DNA of 64,000 nucleotides from Leucoraja erinacea (lineage: Eukaryota), in the NCBI RefSeq assembly GCF_028641065.1, contig NC_073414.1, positions 5,456,001 through 5,520,000 of the forward strand, read 5' to 3'. Positions 1-11,712 of the stretch are shown piece by piece. Both the position numbers and the translations under genes were made by a program. How positions within the stretch are numbered: position 1 is the stretch's first letter; every line of letters begins with the position of its first letter. The notes beneath the pieces were generated by a model, which had not been told where the DNA came from, ran no database searches, and worked only from the letters and a program-made list of their open reading frames with translations.

Positions 1-171
1 GAGGCAGTGGTGGCGGATTCGTGGCTGAGCACCCAGGAGCGTGTGGTCACCAGCGAGCAGATCGGCAACAGCGTGGACGAGGTGGAGCAGCTCATCAAGC
101 GGCACGAGGCCTTCCGCAAGTCAGCAGCCGCGTGGGAGGAGAGGTTCAGCTCGCTACGGAGACTCACCACG
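1..171 (+). CDS. SPTBN4: betaIV-spectrin coding exon (end of last spectrin repeat; starts before the window)
   Basis: EAVVADSWLSTQE...WEERFSSLRRLTT closely matches recalled human SPTBN4 (EAVVADAWL...WEERFSSLRRLTT); donor ACG|gtaggt, phase 0. Confidence 0.93.
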
Positions 172-327
172 GTAGGTCACGGTGGTCATCAGTATCGCAG
201 AGTGATACAGCGTGGAAACAGGCCCAACTTGCCCACACCGGCCAACATGCCCCCATCTACACTAGTCTCACCTGGCCCATATCCCTCCAAACCTGTCCGA
301 TCCATGTACCTGTCTAGAGCAAAGATC

Positions 328-858
328 CAAGTCAAGTCAAGTCAAGTCAAGTCAAGTTTATTTGTCACATACACATACGAGATGTGCAGTGAAATGAAAG
401 TGGCAATGCTCGCGGAACAACAAAACAACCAAACAAATTATAAACACAATCATAACACACATATTATTTTACATAATAAATAATAGAAGGAAAAACGTTC
501 TGTAGAGTTAGTCCCTGGTGAGAAAGGCGTTTACAGTCCGAATTGCCTCTGGGAAGAAACTCCTTCTCAACCTCTCCGTTCTCACTGCATGGCAACGGAG
601 GCGTTTGCCTGACCGTAGCGGCTGGAACAGTCCGTTGCAGGGGGGGAAGAGGTCTCTCATGATTTTGTTTGCTCTGGAGTTGCACCTCCTGTTGTATAGT
701 TCCTGCAGGGGGGTGAGTGAAGTTCCCATAGTGCGTTCGGCCGAACGAACTACTCTCTGCAGAGCCTTCTTGTCCTTGGCAGAGCAATTTCCGAACCAGA
801 TGGTAATGTTCCCGGACAAGATGCTTTCCACCGCCGCTGCGTAGAAGCACTGGAGGAT
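328..858 (-). mobile_element. Rex1/Babar-like LINE 3' fragment
   Basis: FYAAAVESILSGNITIWFGNC...LQRVVRSAER...SGKRLR...SFFP; (CTTGA)n tail; relatives near 4890-5360, 6635-7000, 8905-9450, 47315-47760, 48645-49030. Confidence 0.75.
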
Positions 859-2292
859 CCTATAGATAGATCCTATAGATCCTATAGATAGACCACTCCT
901 GCCAAATGCAACGGGCTGACGTGTAGTACGCAACGGAGCGGAACGTGGGCCTTTTTTTCATCCATTTCAGTAACCCGACCCGACCCGACCCGACCCGACT
1001 CGCAGTGTAATCAACGTTGCGGGGGAACAGTTTGTGTTAATAAATTTTAATTCTGAAAATGAGGAGAAGATTTTTACCAAAGAACTTTTGATTTTTACGA
1101 TGATGTTTCCGTAACCGGCTTCCGTCTCCGCACTAGTATCTTTGCTCCGCTACGGGATCTTTGGTGCGGAGACGGAAGCCGGTTACGGAAATGGGGGCCG
1201 AAAATGACCCATGAATCTGCCCATGACCGTACGACACGTCTTTTTCGTCGAGTGGGCGATCTTGCTCGCTGTAGGGTCTTTGGTCTAAAGGGCCTGTCCC
1301 ACTCGCCAATTTTTTTCGCCGACTGCCAGCGTCATATCAGTGTCGCCAAAAGACTTTGTACATTTCAAAATCCAGCGGCAACAAAAAAAATGTTGCGGCA
1401 TTTGAAAATACACCGCGCGCCAATATGTCACCCGTGATCTGATATGTCAGTCAATGATGCCTGCAGTCGCCAGAAAAAATCCCCAAGAGTACAGGCCCCT
1501 AACTCTTTCTTATACGTTGGGATAGTCCCAGCCTCAACTACCTCCTCTGGCAGCTCGTTCCATACACCCACCACCCTCTGTGTGAAAAAGTTACCCCTCA
1601 GGTTCCTATTAAATCTTCCCCCCCCCCCCCCCCCTTAAACCCACGCCCTCTGGTCCTCGATTCACCTGCTCACCAGGTCAGGTGCCTTCCCGATCGCTGC
1701 TTAAGTTAGGCGCAAAGTGCCGGGGAGTCTTAGCGGGTCAGGCAGCATCTCTGGAGACAAAAGGAGGGTTTGGAAATGGAGACAGAGGCTGGAAAGAGCA
1801 AGGCGAAAGCACATTGAGCTGTGATGCTGGTCAGATGAAACCAGATGGGGAGGGGATAGGACGGGGAGGTGAAGGGTGGATTGTATGTGGGTGCAGGGGG
1901 AGGGTAATTAATCTAGATGACCAACATTATCTGCAGCGGCCGAGCTGCTGCCTCTCAGCGCCACAGACCCGGGATCAATCCTGACTACGGGCGCTGTCTG
2001 TACGGAGTTTGCATGTTCTCCCTGTGACCGCGTGGGTTTTCTCCGGGTGCTCCGGTTTCCTCCCACACTCCAAACACGTACAGGCTTGTGGGTTGATTGC
2101 CCTCTGTAGATTGTTCCTAGTGTGTAGGATAGCGCTAGTGTACGGGGTGAATGCTGGTCGGCGCGGACTCGGTGGGCTGAAGGGCCTGTTTCTGCGCTGT
2201 ATCTCTAAACTAAACTAAACTAAACTAGTGTAAATGGGTGATCGGTGGTCGGTACAGACTCGTTGGGCCGAAGGGCCTGTTTCCGCGCTGTA

Positions 2293-2514
2293 TAATAATA
2301 ATAATAATAATAATAATAATTTTATTTATATAGCACATTTTCAGTCAACTTGCATTGACCCCAAAGTGCTTCACATAATTACATTACATTACACACAGGC
2401 AAAGGTGGGTGAAGTGTCTTGCCCCAACGACAGTATGCACTCCAAGCGGGATTCGAACCAGCTACCTTCCGGTCGCCAGCCGAACACTTAGCCCATTGTG
2501 CCATCTGTCGTCCC
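2293..2514 (-). mobile_element. Second tRNA-derived SINE family with an (ATT)n tail
   Basis: Reverse strand has A box TGGCACAATGGG, B box GTTCGAATCC and an L2-like 3' tail; inserted among tandem HE1 tails. Confidence 0.65.
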
Positions 2515-2725
2515 AAACTCTAAACGTGTATCTCTAAACTAAACTAGTGTGTATGGGTGATCGGTGGTCGGTACAGACTCGTTGGGCCGAAGGGCCTGTT
2601 TCCGCACTGTATCTCTAAACTAAACTAGTGTGTGAACGGCCGATCGCTGGTCGGCACGGACTCGTTGGGCCGAAGGGCCTGTTTCCGCGCTGTGTGTATA
2701 AGGTGTTTTGTGATGTGTTCCCCAG

Positions 2726-3117
2726 CTGGAGCGGATGGAGAACAAGTCACCGTTTGCCATTCAGCAGCAGCAGCAGCAGCAGCAGCAGCCGGCCACCCCC
2801 ATGCTGAGCCGCAGGGTGCTGCCCGAGTCCAGGCCCTCTCCGGTCAAGCAGTTGGTGCCAGTGGCCGGGATCCGTCCCGTCAAGCAGCAGGCCCAGCTCG
2901 AGATCGTCGACGATGCCGGGGACCGCGACAAGCGCGGCGGGGAGGAACACGCGGCCACCGTGGCTGCGCCGGAGCCGGCTGCCCCGCGCCCACACCAGGC
3001 CGAGGGCCGGCAGGAGCGGCCACAGAACAAGGCAGAGCCGGCGGAGGGCAGGACAGAGCGCCGGGGAGAACGGCAGGAGCCGCAGAGCGAACCGCGGGAA
3101 CCCGAGTACGAAGCTGG
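2726..3117 (+). CDS. SPTBN4: betaIV-spectrin exon, variable region with Q9 tract
   Basis: cccag|CTG acceptor; LERMENKSPFAIQ9PATPMLSRR resembles human IEKIKAEQSKQPPTPLLGRK; donor GG|gtgaga, phase 2, fits the next exon. Confidence 0.8.
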
Positions 3118-3145
3118 GTGAGAAACCATCCCCCCTTAACACTTT

Positions 3146-3409
3146 TTCTCACAGAGAGTGGTGAGTCTGTGGAATTCTCACAGAGAGTGGTGAGTCTGTG
3201 GAATTCTCACAGAGAGTGGTGAGTCTGTGGAATTCTCACAGAGAGTGGTGAGTCTGTGGAATTCTCACAGAGAGTGGTGAGTCTGTGGAATTCTCGCAGA
3301 GAGTGGTGAGTCTGTGGAATTCTCACAGAGAGTGGTGAGTCTGTGGAATTCTCACAGAGAGTGGTGAGTCTGTGGAATTCTCGCAGAGAGTGGTGAGTCT
3401 GGAATTCTC
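3146..3409 (+). repeat. 29-bp minisatellite, 9 copies, derived from CR1
   Basis: Unit TTCTCACAGAGAGTGGTGAGTCTGTGGAA, continuing into a normal CR1 3' end. Confidence 0.92.
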
Positions 3410-3708
3410 TGCCTCAGAGGGCGGTGGAGGCAGGTTCCCTGGATGCTTTCAAGAGAGAGCTAGATAGGGCTCTTAAAGATAGTGGAGTCAGGGGATATGG
3501 GGAGAAGGCAGGAACGGGGTGCTGATTGGGGATGATCAGCCATGATCATATTGATTGGCGGTGCTGGCTCGAAGGGCCGAATGGCCTACTCCTGCACCTA
3601 TTATCTATGGTCTATTGTCTAAAGGGAATATCGTGAATGACGTTTAGTGCAAGGTAAAGTCCGATTAACGATAGTCTGAGGGTCTCCAGTGAGGTAGATA
3701 GTAGCTCA

Positions 3709-3887
3709 GGTAGACAAAAATGCTGGAGAAACTCAGCGGGTGCAGCAGCATCTACGGAGCGAAGGAAATAGGCAACGTTTCGGGCCGAAACCCTTCTTCA
3801 GACCTTTCGGCCCGAAACGTTGCCTATTTCCTTCGCTCCGTAGATGCTACTGCACCCGCTGAGTTTCTCCAGCATTTTTGTGTACCT
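3709..3887. mobile_element. Penelope-derived fold-back (~80-bp inverted arms)
   Basis: Arms 3709-3790 and 3805-3887 are reverse complements; similar at 14120-14450, 42841-43020, 44415-44575, 46715-46885, 54229-54460, 56478-56700, 62610-62812. Confidence 0.7.
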
Positions 3888-4679
3888 TCGATAGTAGTTC
3901 AGGACTGCTCTCTGGTTGTGGTGGGATGGTTCAGTTGCCTGATAACAGCTGGGAAGAAACTGTCTCTGAATCTGGAGCTGTGTGTGCGTTTGTTTTCACT
4001 CTTCTGTACCTCTTGCCCGATAGGAGAGGGGAGAAGAGGGAGTGGCCGGGGTGCGACTTGTCCTTGATGATGCTGCTGGCATTGCCGAGGCAGCGTGAGG
4101 TGTAGATGGAGTCAATGCATGGGTGGTTGGGCGGGGTGGATGGTCTGGGGTCTTAGAAATAGAAACATAGAAATTAGGTGCAGGACTGGAGGCCATTCGG
4201 CCCTTCGAGCCTGCACCGCCACCCAATATGATCATGGCTGATCATCCAACTCAGTATCCCGTACCTGCCTTCTCTCCATACCCTCTGATCCCCTTAGCCA
4301 CAAGGGCCACATCTAACTCCCTCTTAAATATAGCCAATGAACTGGCCTCAACTACCCTCTGTGGCAGAGAGTTCCAGAGATTCACCACTCTCTGTGTGAA
4401 AAAAGTTCTCCTCATCTCGGTTTTAAAGGATTTCCCCCCTTATCCTTAAGCTGTGACCCCTTGAACTGGACTTCCCCAACATCGGGAACAATCTTCCTGC
4501 ATCTAGCCTGTCCAACCCCTTAAGAATTTTGTAAGTTTCTATAAGATCCCCTCTCAATCTCCTAAATTCTAGAGAGTATAAACCAGTCTTGGATGCAGTT
4601 GTTCCCGAACCGTGCTGGGATGCTTCCCGATAAAGTGCTTTCTACGGAAACTCTGACTCCGGTGGCCTTGTTTCCACAG

Positions 4680-4737
4680 GGACAGGAGAACAACCATGGC
4701 AGATATCGTGGAGCAGCTACAAGAAAAGGAAGCCCAG
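4680..4737 (+). CDS. SPTBN4: betaIV-spectrin short exon (DRRTTMADIVEQLQEKEAQ)
   Basis: ccacag|G acceptor, CAG|gtgagt donor; ADIVEQLQEKEA matches recalled human SPTBN4; not in the ORF track. Confidence 0.92.
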
Positions 4738-5605
4738 GTGAGTGAGACCAAACACATCCTGGCTGTGGTGGGGAACGATGTTGACTGAATGAGTTCATTT
4801 TCTGCCGTTTAACCTTGTGGAGTTTCTGGCACAGAATCGTCTAAATCTATGGCCAAAAACGCTCGATAGCGGTTCACATGCACCTCTTCATGTCAAGTCA
4901 AGACAACTTTACTTATCACACACACACACACACACGTACAAGATGTACAGTGAAATTAACGTGCCAATGCCTGCAGGTTTGTGCAAAGCAACAGAACAGA
5001 ACAGAACCAGTATTTACATTTTTGAAAAAGACTCAACAGTAATTAGTCCCTGGTGAGATCAGGGTTTACAGTCCTGACGGCCTGTGGGAAGAAACTCCAT
5101 CTCATCCTCTCTGTTTTCACAGCGGAGGCTTTTGCCTGGCCGTAGCAGCTGGAACAGTCCGTTGCTGGGGTGGAAGGGGTCCCCCATAATGTTGCTGGCT
5201 CTGGAGTTGCACCTCCTGATGTATAGGTCCTGCAGGGGAGCGAGTGTAGTTCCCATAGTGCGTTCGGCCGAACGCACTACTCTCTGCAGAGCCTTCCTGT
5301 CCTGGGCAGAGCAGTTCCCAAACCAGATCGAGATATTACCGGACAAGATGCTTTCTACAGCTCCAGAAATGCTTTCTACAGCTACAGCATTGAAGGATCC
5401 TCATAGAGGCTCTGAATTTTGTCTACTCCAATCGGTGTTCCTAGTGTGGCTTCCTCCACATCAGTTAATCCAAGGCGACCATTTCACAGGGAGGACGTGC
5501 AAACTCCACACTGCCAGCACCCGTGGTCAGGATCGAACCCGGGTCTCAGGCGCTGTGAGGCAGCAGCTGTACCTGCTGCGCCGCCATGCAGTTATCACAG
5601 CCTTA

Positions 5606-5895
5606 AGGGGCTGTCCCACTGTACGAGCTAACTCTCCCGAGTTTCCCCTGGATCAAACAAGGAGAATTACCGCTTGTAGGTACTCGGGGCTCTCGTGGAC
5701 ATTTTTCAACATGTTGAAAAATCTTCACGAGCTTACCGCGTTTCCCAAGTACCTGCCGTTAGCGTTACGAGCCGCTAAGAGACGTCCCGAGCTCCGACGT
5801 ACCCGCTACGTACATTCTATATGCTATCCACGAGTTTGATTTTTTTTAAAACTCGGGAGCGCTCTTGAATTAGCTCTTACAGTGGGACAGCCCCT
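5606..5895. mobile_element. PIF/Harbinger-type MITE
   Basis: TIR AGGGGCTGTCCCACTGTA, TTA target duplication; related copy at 55301-55621. Confidence 0.8.
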
Positions 5896-7048
5896 TTATC
5901 TGTCTGTGGTCTCCTGCTTCTTGAGTTCCAATTCATACCAGCACCTTGTCTTAGGCACCGACTCGACAAAATCTAGAGCCAAAAAGGCCGGTGAAGGTTT
6001 GCGGGCACCTCTTCAGAACCAAACGCAGGCTCGGCAGGCAGCATCTCTAGAGATAAGGAATAGGTGACGTTTCAGGTCGAGACCCTCCTTCAGTCTGACC
6101 CGAAATGTTACCGATTCCTTTTTCTCCAGAGATGCTGCCTGTCCCGCTGAATTACTCCAGCATCTCGTGTGTCTTTTTTCGGTGTAAACCAAAGGATTAG
6201 GGGGGGGGATCTTATAGAAACATATAAAATTATAAAAGGACTGGACACGCTAGATGCAGGAAAAATGTTCCTAATGTTGGGCGAGTCCAGAACCATGGGG
6301 CCACACACAGTCTTAGAATAAAGGGGAGGCCATTTAAGACTGAGGTGAGAAAAAACGTTTTCACCCAGAGAGTTGTGAATTTGTGGAATTCCCTGCCACA
6401 GAGGGCAGTGGAGGCCAGGTCACTGGATGGATTTAAGAGAGAGTTAGATAGAGCTCTAGGGGCGAGTGGAGTCAAGGGATATGGGGAGAAGGCAGGCACG
6501 GGTTATTGATTGGGGATGATCAGTCATGATCACAATGAATGGTGGTGCTGGCTCGAAGGGCTGAATGGCCTCCTCCTGCACCTATATTCTATGTTTCTTT
6601 GTTTCTAAACCACATCTGCATTCCCCCCTACACGTTCAAGTTCAAGTGAGTTTATTGTCATGTGTCCCTGTATAGGACAATGAAATTCTTGCTTTGCTTC
6701 AGCACAACAGAACATAGTAGGCATTTACTACAAAACAGATCAGTGTGTCCATGTACCATAATACAAATATATACACACACATGAATAAATAAACTGATCA
6801 AGTGCAAATAACAGATAATGGGTTATTAATGTTCAGAGTTTTGTCCGAGCCAGGTTTAATAGCCTGATGGCTGTGGGGAAGTAGCTATTCCTGAACCTGG
6901 TTGTTGCAGTCTTCAGGCTCCTGTACCTTCTACCTGAAGGTAGCGGGGAGATGAGTGTGTGGCCAGGATGGTGTGGGTCTTTGATGATGCTGCCAGCCTT
7001 TGTGCTTGATGTGAGTTGATGTATTAAAAGCTGAGCCTCTTCCCACAG

Positions 7049-7335
7049 GAACGTGACTCCTCACTCACCGCCGGTCTTCCCAACGGGATTGAGAAACTCC
7101 CGGAGAGAGTCCCCCGCCCGGACAGGCCGCGGGCCAGAGACCGGCCCAAGCCCAGGAGGAGACCGCGGCCAAAAGATCCCAACCAGGCGGGCGGGGACAG
7201 CCGCCGCTCGCGCTCCGCCCCGTCGCCCCAGAGCAGCACGACTGCGCCCGTCACGGTCTCCCACACGTCCGAACAAGAGGGCTTCCTCGCTCGGAAGCAC
7301 GAGTTTGAAGCTCCCAACAAGAAATCATCCAGCAG
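7049..7335 (+). CDS. SPTBN4: betaIV-spectrin exon, Arg/Pro-rich region and start of PH domain
   Basis: cccacag|GAA; LPNGIEKLPERVPRPDRPRARDRPKPRRRPRP...EGFLARKHEFEAPNKKSSSR; AG|gtatct, phase 2. Confidence 0.93.
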
Positions 7336-8614
7336 GTATCTCAATCAAGCCATTCGGCCCACGTCCACCATTCGCACCATTTCCCAATGTTGGAGGAGTC
7401 CAGTACCAGGGGTCACAGTATAAGAATAAGGTCATTTAGGGGTCACAGTATAAGAATAAGGTAATTTAGACCCCATTTAGAACGGAGATGAGGATAAACT
7501 TTTTCACAGAGAGTTGTGAACCTGTGGAATTCTCTGCCTCAGAAAGGTTTTGTTGCGTGCTAACCAGTCAGCGGAAAGACAATACATGATTACAATTGAC
7601 CCGTTCACAGTGTGCAGAGAAGGGAATCTCTGGATGCTTTCAAGAGAGAGCTAGATAGGGCTCTTAAAGATAGCGGAGTCAAGGGATATGGGGAGAAGGC
7701 AGGAACGGGTTACTGATTGGGGATGATCAGCCATGATTACAGTGAATTGTGGTGCTGGCTCGAAGGGCCGAATGGCCTACTCCTGCACCTATTGTCTATA
7801 TTTACTGTCATTGAGTCATGGAGCATTGAAACAGTCCTTTCGGCCCAACTTGCCCACACCGACCATTTGCCCACTCACACGAGTTTCGGCACTGGGATGG
7901 TGGACCTGTTCTTGGAATTTAGTTTGGTTTAGAGATACAACGTGGAAACAGGCCCTTCGGCCCACCAAGTCCGCACCAACCAGCGATCCCCGCACACTAA
8001 CACTATCCTACACACACTAGGGACAATTTACACTTATACCAAGGCCAATTAACCTACAAACCTGTACGTCTTCGGAGAGTGGGAGGAAACCGAAGATCTC
8101 GGGGAAAATCCGCGCAGGTCACGGGGAGAACGTACAAACTCCGTACAGGCAGCACCCGCTGTCGGGATCGAACCCGGCGCTGTCCTGTCCCCACCTGAGT
8201 ACCCCCCCCCCCCCCCCCCCCCCCCCGCGGGTGGCCAGAGAGGTCGGCAGCAGAGATCCTCCGGTAAAGGACCTTTGGTCGGGAATCAGACGAGCCAGCG
8301 CAGAGAAACAGCGCTAAACCCAGCTCAACTCTGCCTGTACCGCCAGGTGAGCCTACAGCCCTCCTGGAGGCGGGAAATATGGCCCAGCGTGGAGAAGCAG
8401 CGCTGGTATCCCGTCAGGGCTGTAGTTAACCCGGCGAGACAGGCAGAGTTGAGCTGCATTTAGCGCTGGATTGAGCCTCCGAAGCCTCGCGCGTGTGAGT
8501 GTGCACATGCGCGCGTGACCGCCAAGAAATTGTGTCCCCCGTCCCCTCCATGTTTTGATAGCGAGTTCCGCTCTTGCCGACGCTCACTGTAACACTTCTA
8601 TTTTTGCTGCTCAG

Positions 8615-8788
8615 GTCGTGGGTTAACATTTACTGCGTGATCAGTAAAGGAGACCTGGGGTTTTACAAAGACGCCAAGAGTCACAAAGCGGGGTCAACCC
8701 ACAATGGCGAGTCGCTCATTACACTTAGCGAAGCCACATGCGAAATCGCCAACAATTACAAGAAGAAGAAGTTTGTGTTTAAAATCCG
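8615..8788 (+). CDS. SPTBN4: betaIV-spectrin PH domain exon
   Basis: ctcag|G; SWVNIYCVISKGDLGFYKD...YKKKKFVFKIR; CG|gtgagt. Confidence 0.95.
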
Positions 8789-9574
8789 GTGAGTGTGCGG
8801 GAAAGAGTGTGCGCGTTACGGGGGGACCTTTTCACTGCGAGGGGAGTCCGTACCTTGAACGAGCTGCAGGAGGAAGCTATTGAAGTCGATGACCTTACGA
8901 CTTTTAGATTCAGACTCAGATTCAGATTCAGATTCAAACTTTATTGCCTTTGTGCAGTGTACAAGTACAGAGATAACGTCTCACCCAGAAGTGGGAACAC
9001 AGAATAATGGAACAGTAAAAAATATTATATGTATATACAGTAGCAGTAGTGTAATTTTCGGGGGGGGGGGGGGAAGAAGATCAGTCACTGGGGGAAGGAG
9101 TGTCCGAGGGGGGGGGGGGGGAGAGAGATCAGTCACCAAGGTGCAGAGTTACGAAGGGTAACAGCCGCAGGGAAGAAGCTGGCCCTGAACTTGCTGGTCC
9201 GGCAACGGAGAGACCTGTAGCGCCTCCCGGATGGTAGGAGGGTAAACAGTCCATGGTTGGGGTGAGAGCAGACCTTGGCGATACTGAGCGCCCTTCGCAG
9301 ACAACGCTTGCTTTGGATAGACTCAATGGAGGGGAGTGAGGAACCGGTGATGCGTTGGGCAGTTTTCACCACCCTCTGCAATGCCTTCCGGTCGGAGACA
9401 GAGCAGTTGCCATACCATACTGTGATGCAGTTGGTGAGGATGCTCTCGACTTTTTGGGCACATGTACTTTGAAGCTGGATAGGGTGCGGAGAAGACTTAC
9501 GAGGTTGTTGCCGGGACTAGAGGGAGAGGTTGAGCAGGCCAGGGCTTCATTCCTTGGAGCGCACGAGGATGAGG

Positions 9575-10215
9575 TCAAGACAAGTCAAGAGAGTTTATTG
9601 TCATGTGTCCCTGTATAGGACAATGAAATTCTTGCTTTGCTTCAGCACAACAGAACATAGTAGGCATTGACTACAGAACAGATCAGTGTGTCCATATACC
9701 ATTATACGTAAATACACACATGAATAAATAAATTGATAAAGTGCAAATAACAGATAATGGGTTATTAATAATCAGAGTTTTGTCCGAGCCAGGTTTAATA
9801 GGCTGATGGCTGTGGGGAAGTAGCTATTCCTGAACCTGGTTGTTGCAGTCTTCAGGCTCCAGTACCTTCTACCTGAAGGTAGTGGGGAGATGAGTGTGTG
9901 GCCAGGATGGTGTGGGTCCTTGATGATGCTGCCAGCCTTTTTGAGGCAGCGACTGCGATAGATCCCCTCGATGGAAGGAAGGTCAGAGCCGATGATGGGC
10001 TGGGCAGTGTTTACTACTTTTTGTAGTCTTTTCCTCTCCAGGGCGCTCAAGTTGCCGAACCAAGCCACGATGCAACCGGTCAGCATGCTCTCTACTGTGC
10101 ACCTGTAGAAGTTAGAGATAGTCCTCCTTGGCAAACCGACTCTCCGTAATCTTCTCAGGAAGTGGAGGCGCTGATGAGCTTTCTTAATAATTGCGTTCGT
10201 GTTCTGGGACCAGGA
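9575..10215 (-). mobile_element. Rex1/Babar-like LINE 3' fragment with open RT tail
   Basis: KKAHQRLHFLRRLRR...FYRCTVESMLTGCIVAWFGN...LPSGRRY. Confidence 0.8.
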
Positions 10216-11323
10216 TGGTCTTGTGGAGCTGTGCAACACGATCTACATGAGAAGAGCTGATCGCGCAAACGCACAAAGTCTTTTGCCCAGAGTAGGAGAA
10301 TCAGGCTGCTTCTTCAGACGGATGGGAGTAGAGTGGAGATAGCTGGTGGAAAGAGATGAGGGGAAGATGAGGCGATCTTGATTAGAACGGATGTCAGGGG
10401 TGATGGGGCAAAGGCAGGGGGAATGGGGTTGAGAGGAAAAGGTAGATCAGCCGTGATTGAATGGTGGAGTACACTTGATGGGCCGAATGGACTCCGAGAA
10501 CTTATGAAGAGGTGGGGTGAGATCTCACACGCGACAGGTGGGTCCATAGAAGAAAGACTGGATAGACTTGGTTTGTACTCTCTAGAATTTAGCAGATTGA
10601 GGGGGGATCTTATAGAAACTTACAAAATTCTTAAGGGGTTGGACAGGCTAGATGCAGGAAGATTGTTCCCGATGTTGGGGAAGTCCAGGACAAGGGGTCA
10701 CAGATTAAGGATAAGGGGAAATCCTTTAAAACCAAGATGAGGAGAACTTTTTTCACACAGAGAGTGGTGAATCTCTGGAACTCTCTGCCACAGAGGGTAG
10801 TTGAGGCCAGTTCATTGGCTATATTTAAGAGGGAGTTACATGTGGCCCTTGTGGCTAGGGGATCAGAGGGTATGGAGAGAAGGCAGGTACGGGATACTGA
10901 GTTGGATGATCAGCCATGATCATATTGAATGGCGGTGCAGGCTCGAAGGGCCGAATGGCCTACTCCTGCACCTAATTTCTATGTTTCTATGTCCAAGTGA
11001 GGAGGGGTTGATTGGAAGATGAGTCAGCTGGGGAGGAGAGGGGTGGAGATGGTAGCCAAGGCTGGAGGTGAGAAGTGGAGAAGACAAAATTCATCGATGA
11101 CTGTCTGAACGTTTTGGGATCAAAGTATCGATTTACTGATGATACACGTTTGTAAATTTCCTGATGACATTTCTTCTGTTGCAAGGATAGTTTGTTTTCT
11201 CCAGCCATTGAGAGTTGATTTGTACAGATGATAGAGCTCTGAAGGATTTAAGAAATGTGTTTTATTCCATATTATATGTGATCCATCTCTTCTTCGATTG
11301 AAGACTCTTTTTCATTGTGACAG

Positions 11324-11366
11324 GACATGCGATGGCAATGAGTTCCTATTCCAGGCCAAGGATGAG
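11324..11366 (+). CDS. SPTBN4: betaIV-spectrin PH domain micro-exon (TCDGNEFLFQAKDE)
   Basis: gacag|G acceptor, GAG|gtgagt donor, 43 nt, phases consistent with both neighbours. Confidence 0.93.
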
Positions 11367-11712
11367 GTGAGTTTCACTCATGTCAATATTGGTACATGGT
11401 GGCACATAATTGGGGAAAGAGAGGTCAATAGACAATAGGTGCAGGAGGAGGCCATTTGGCCCTTCGAGCCAGTACCGCCATTCAATGTGATCATGGCAGA
11501 TCATCCCCAATCAGTACCCCGTTCCTGCCTTCTCCCCATATCCCCTGACTCCGCTATCTTTAAGAGCCCTATCTAGCTCTCTCTTGAAAGCATCCAGAGA
11601 ACCTGCCACCACCGCCCTCTGAGGCAGAGAATTCCACAGACAATTGATGGGGTCTGTACGATTTGTGGGATTTCCCTGGGATCAATCCTGGGAAAAGTAC
11701 GGAGACGGAATG

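Noticed and set aside
3146-3409. CRISPR-like array of 29-bp repeats
   Set aside because: Units are head-to-tail with no spacers, derive from CR1 coding sequence, and there are no cas genes in this vertebrate context
5084-5839. 251-aa ORF
   Set aside because: Chance read-through of an antisense Rex/Babar fragment, a SINE piece and a MITE
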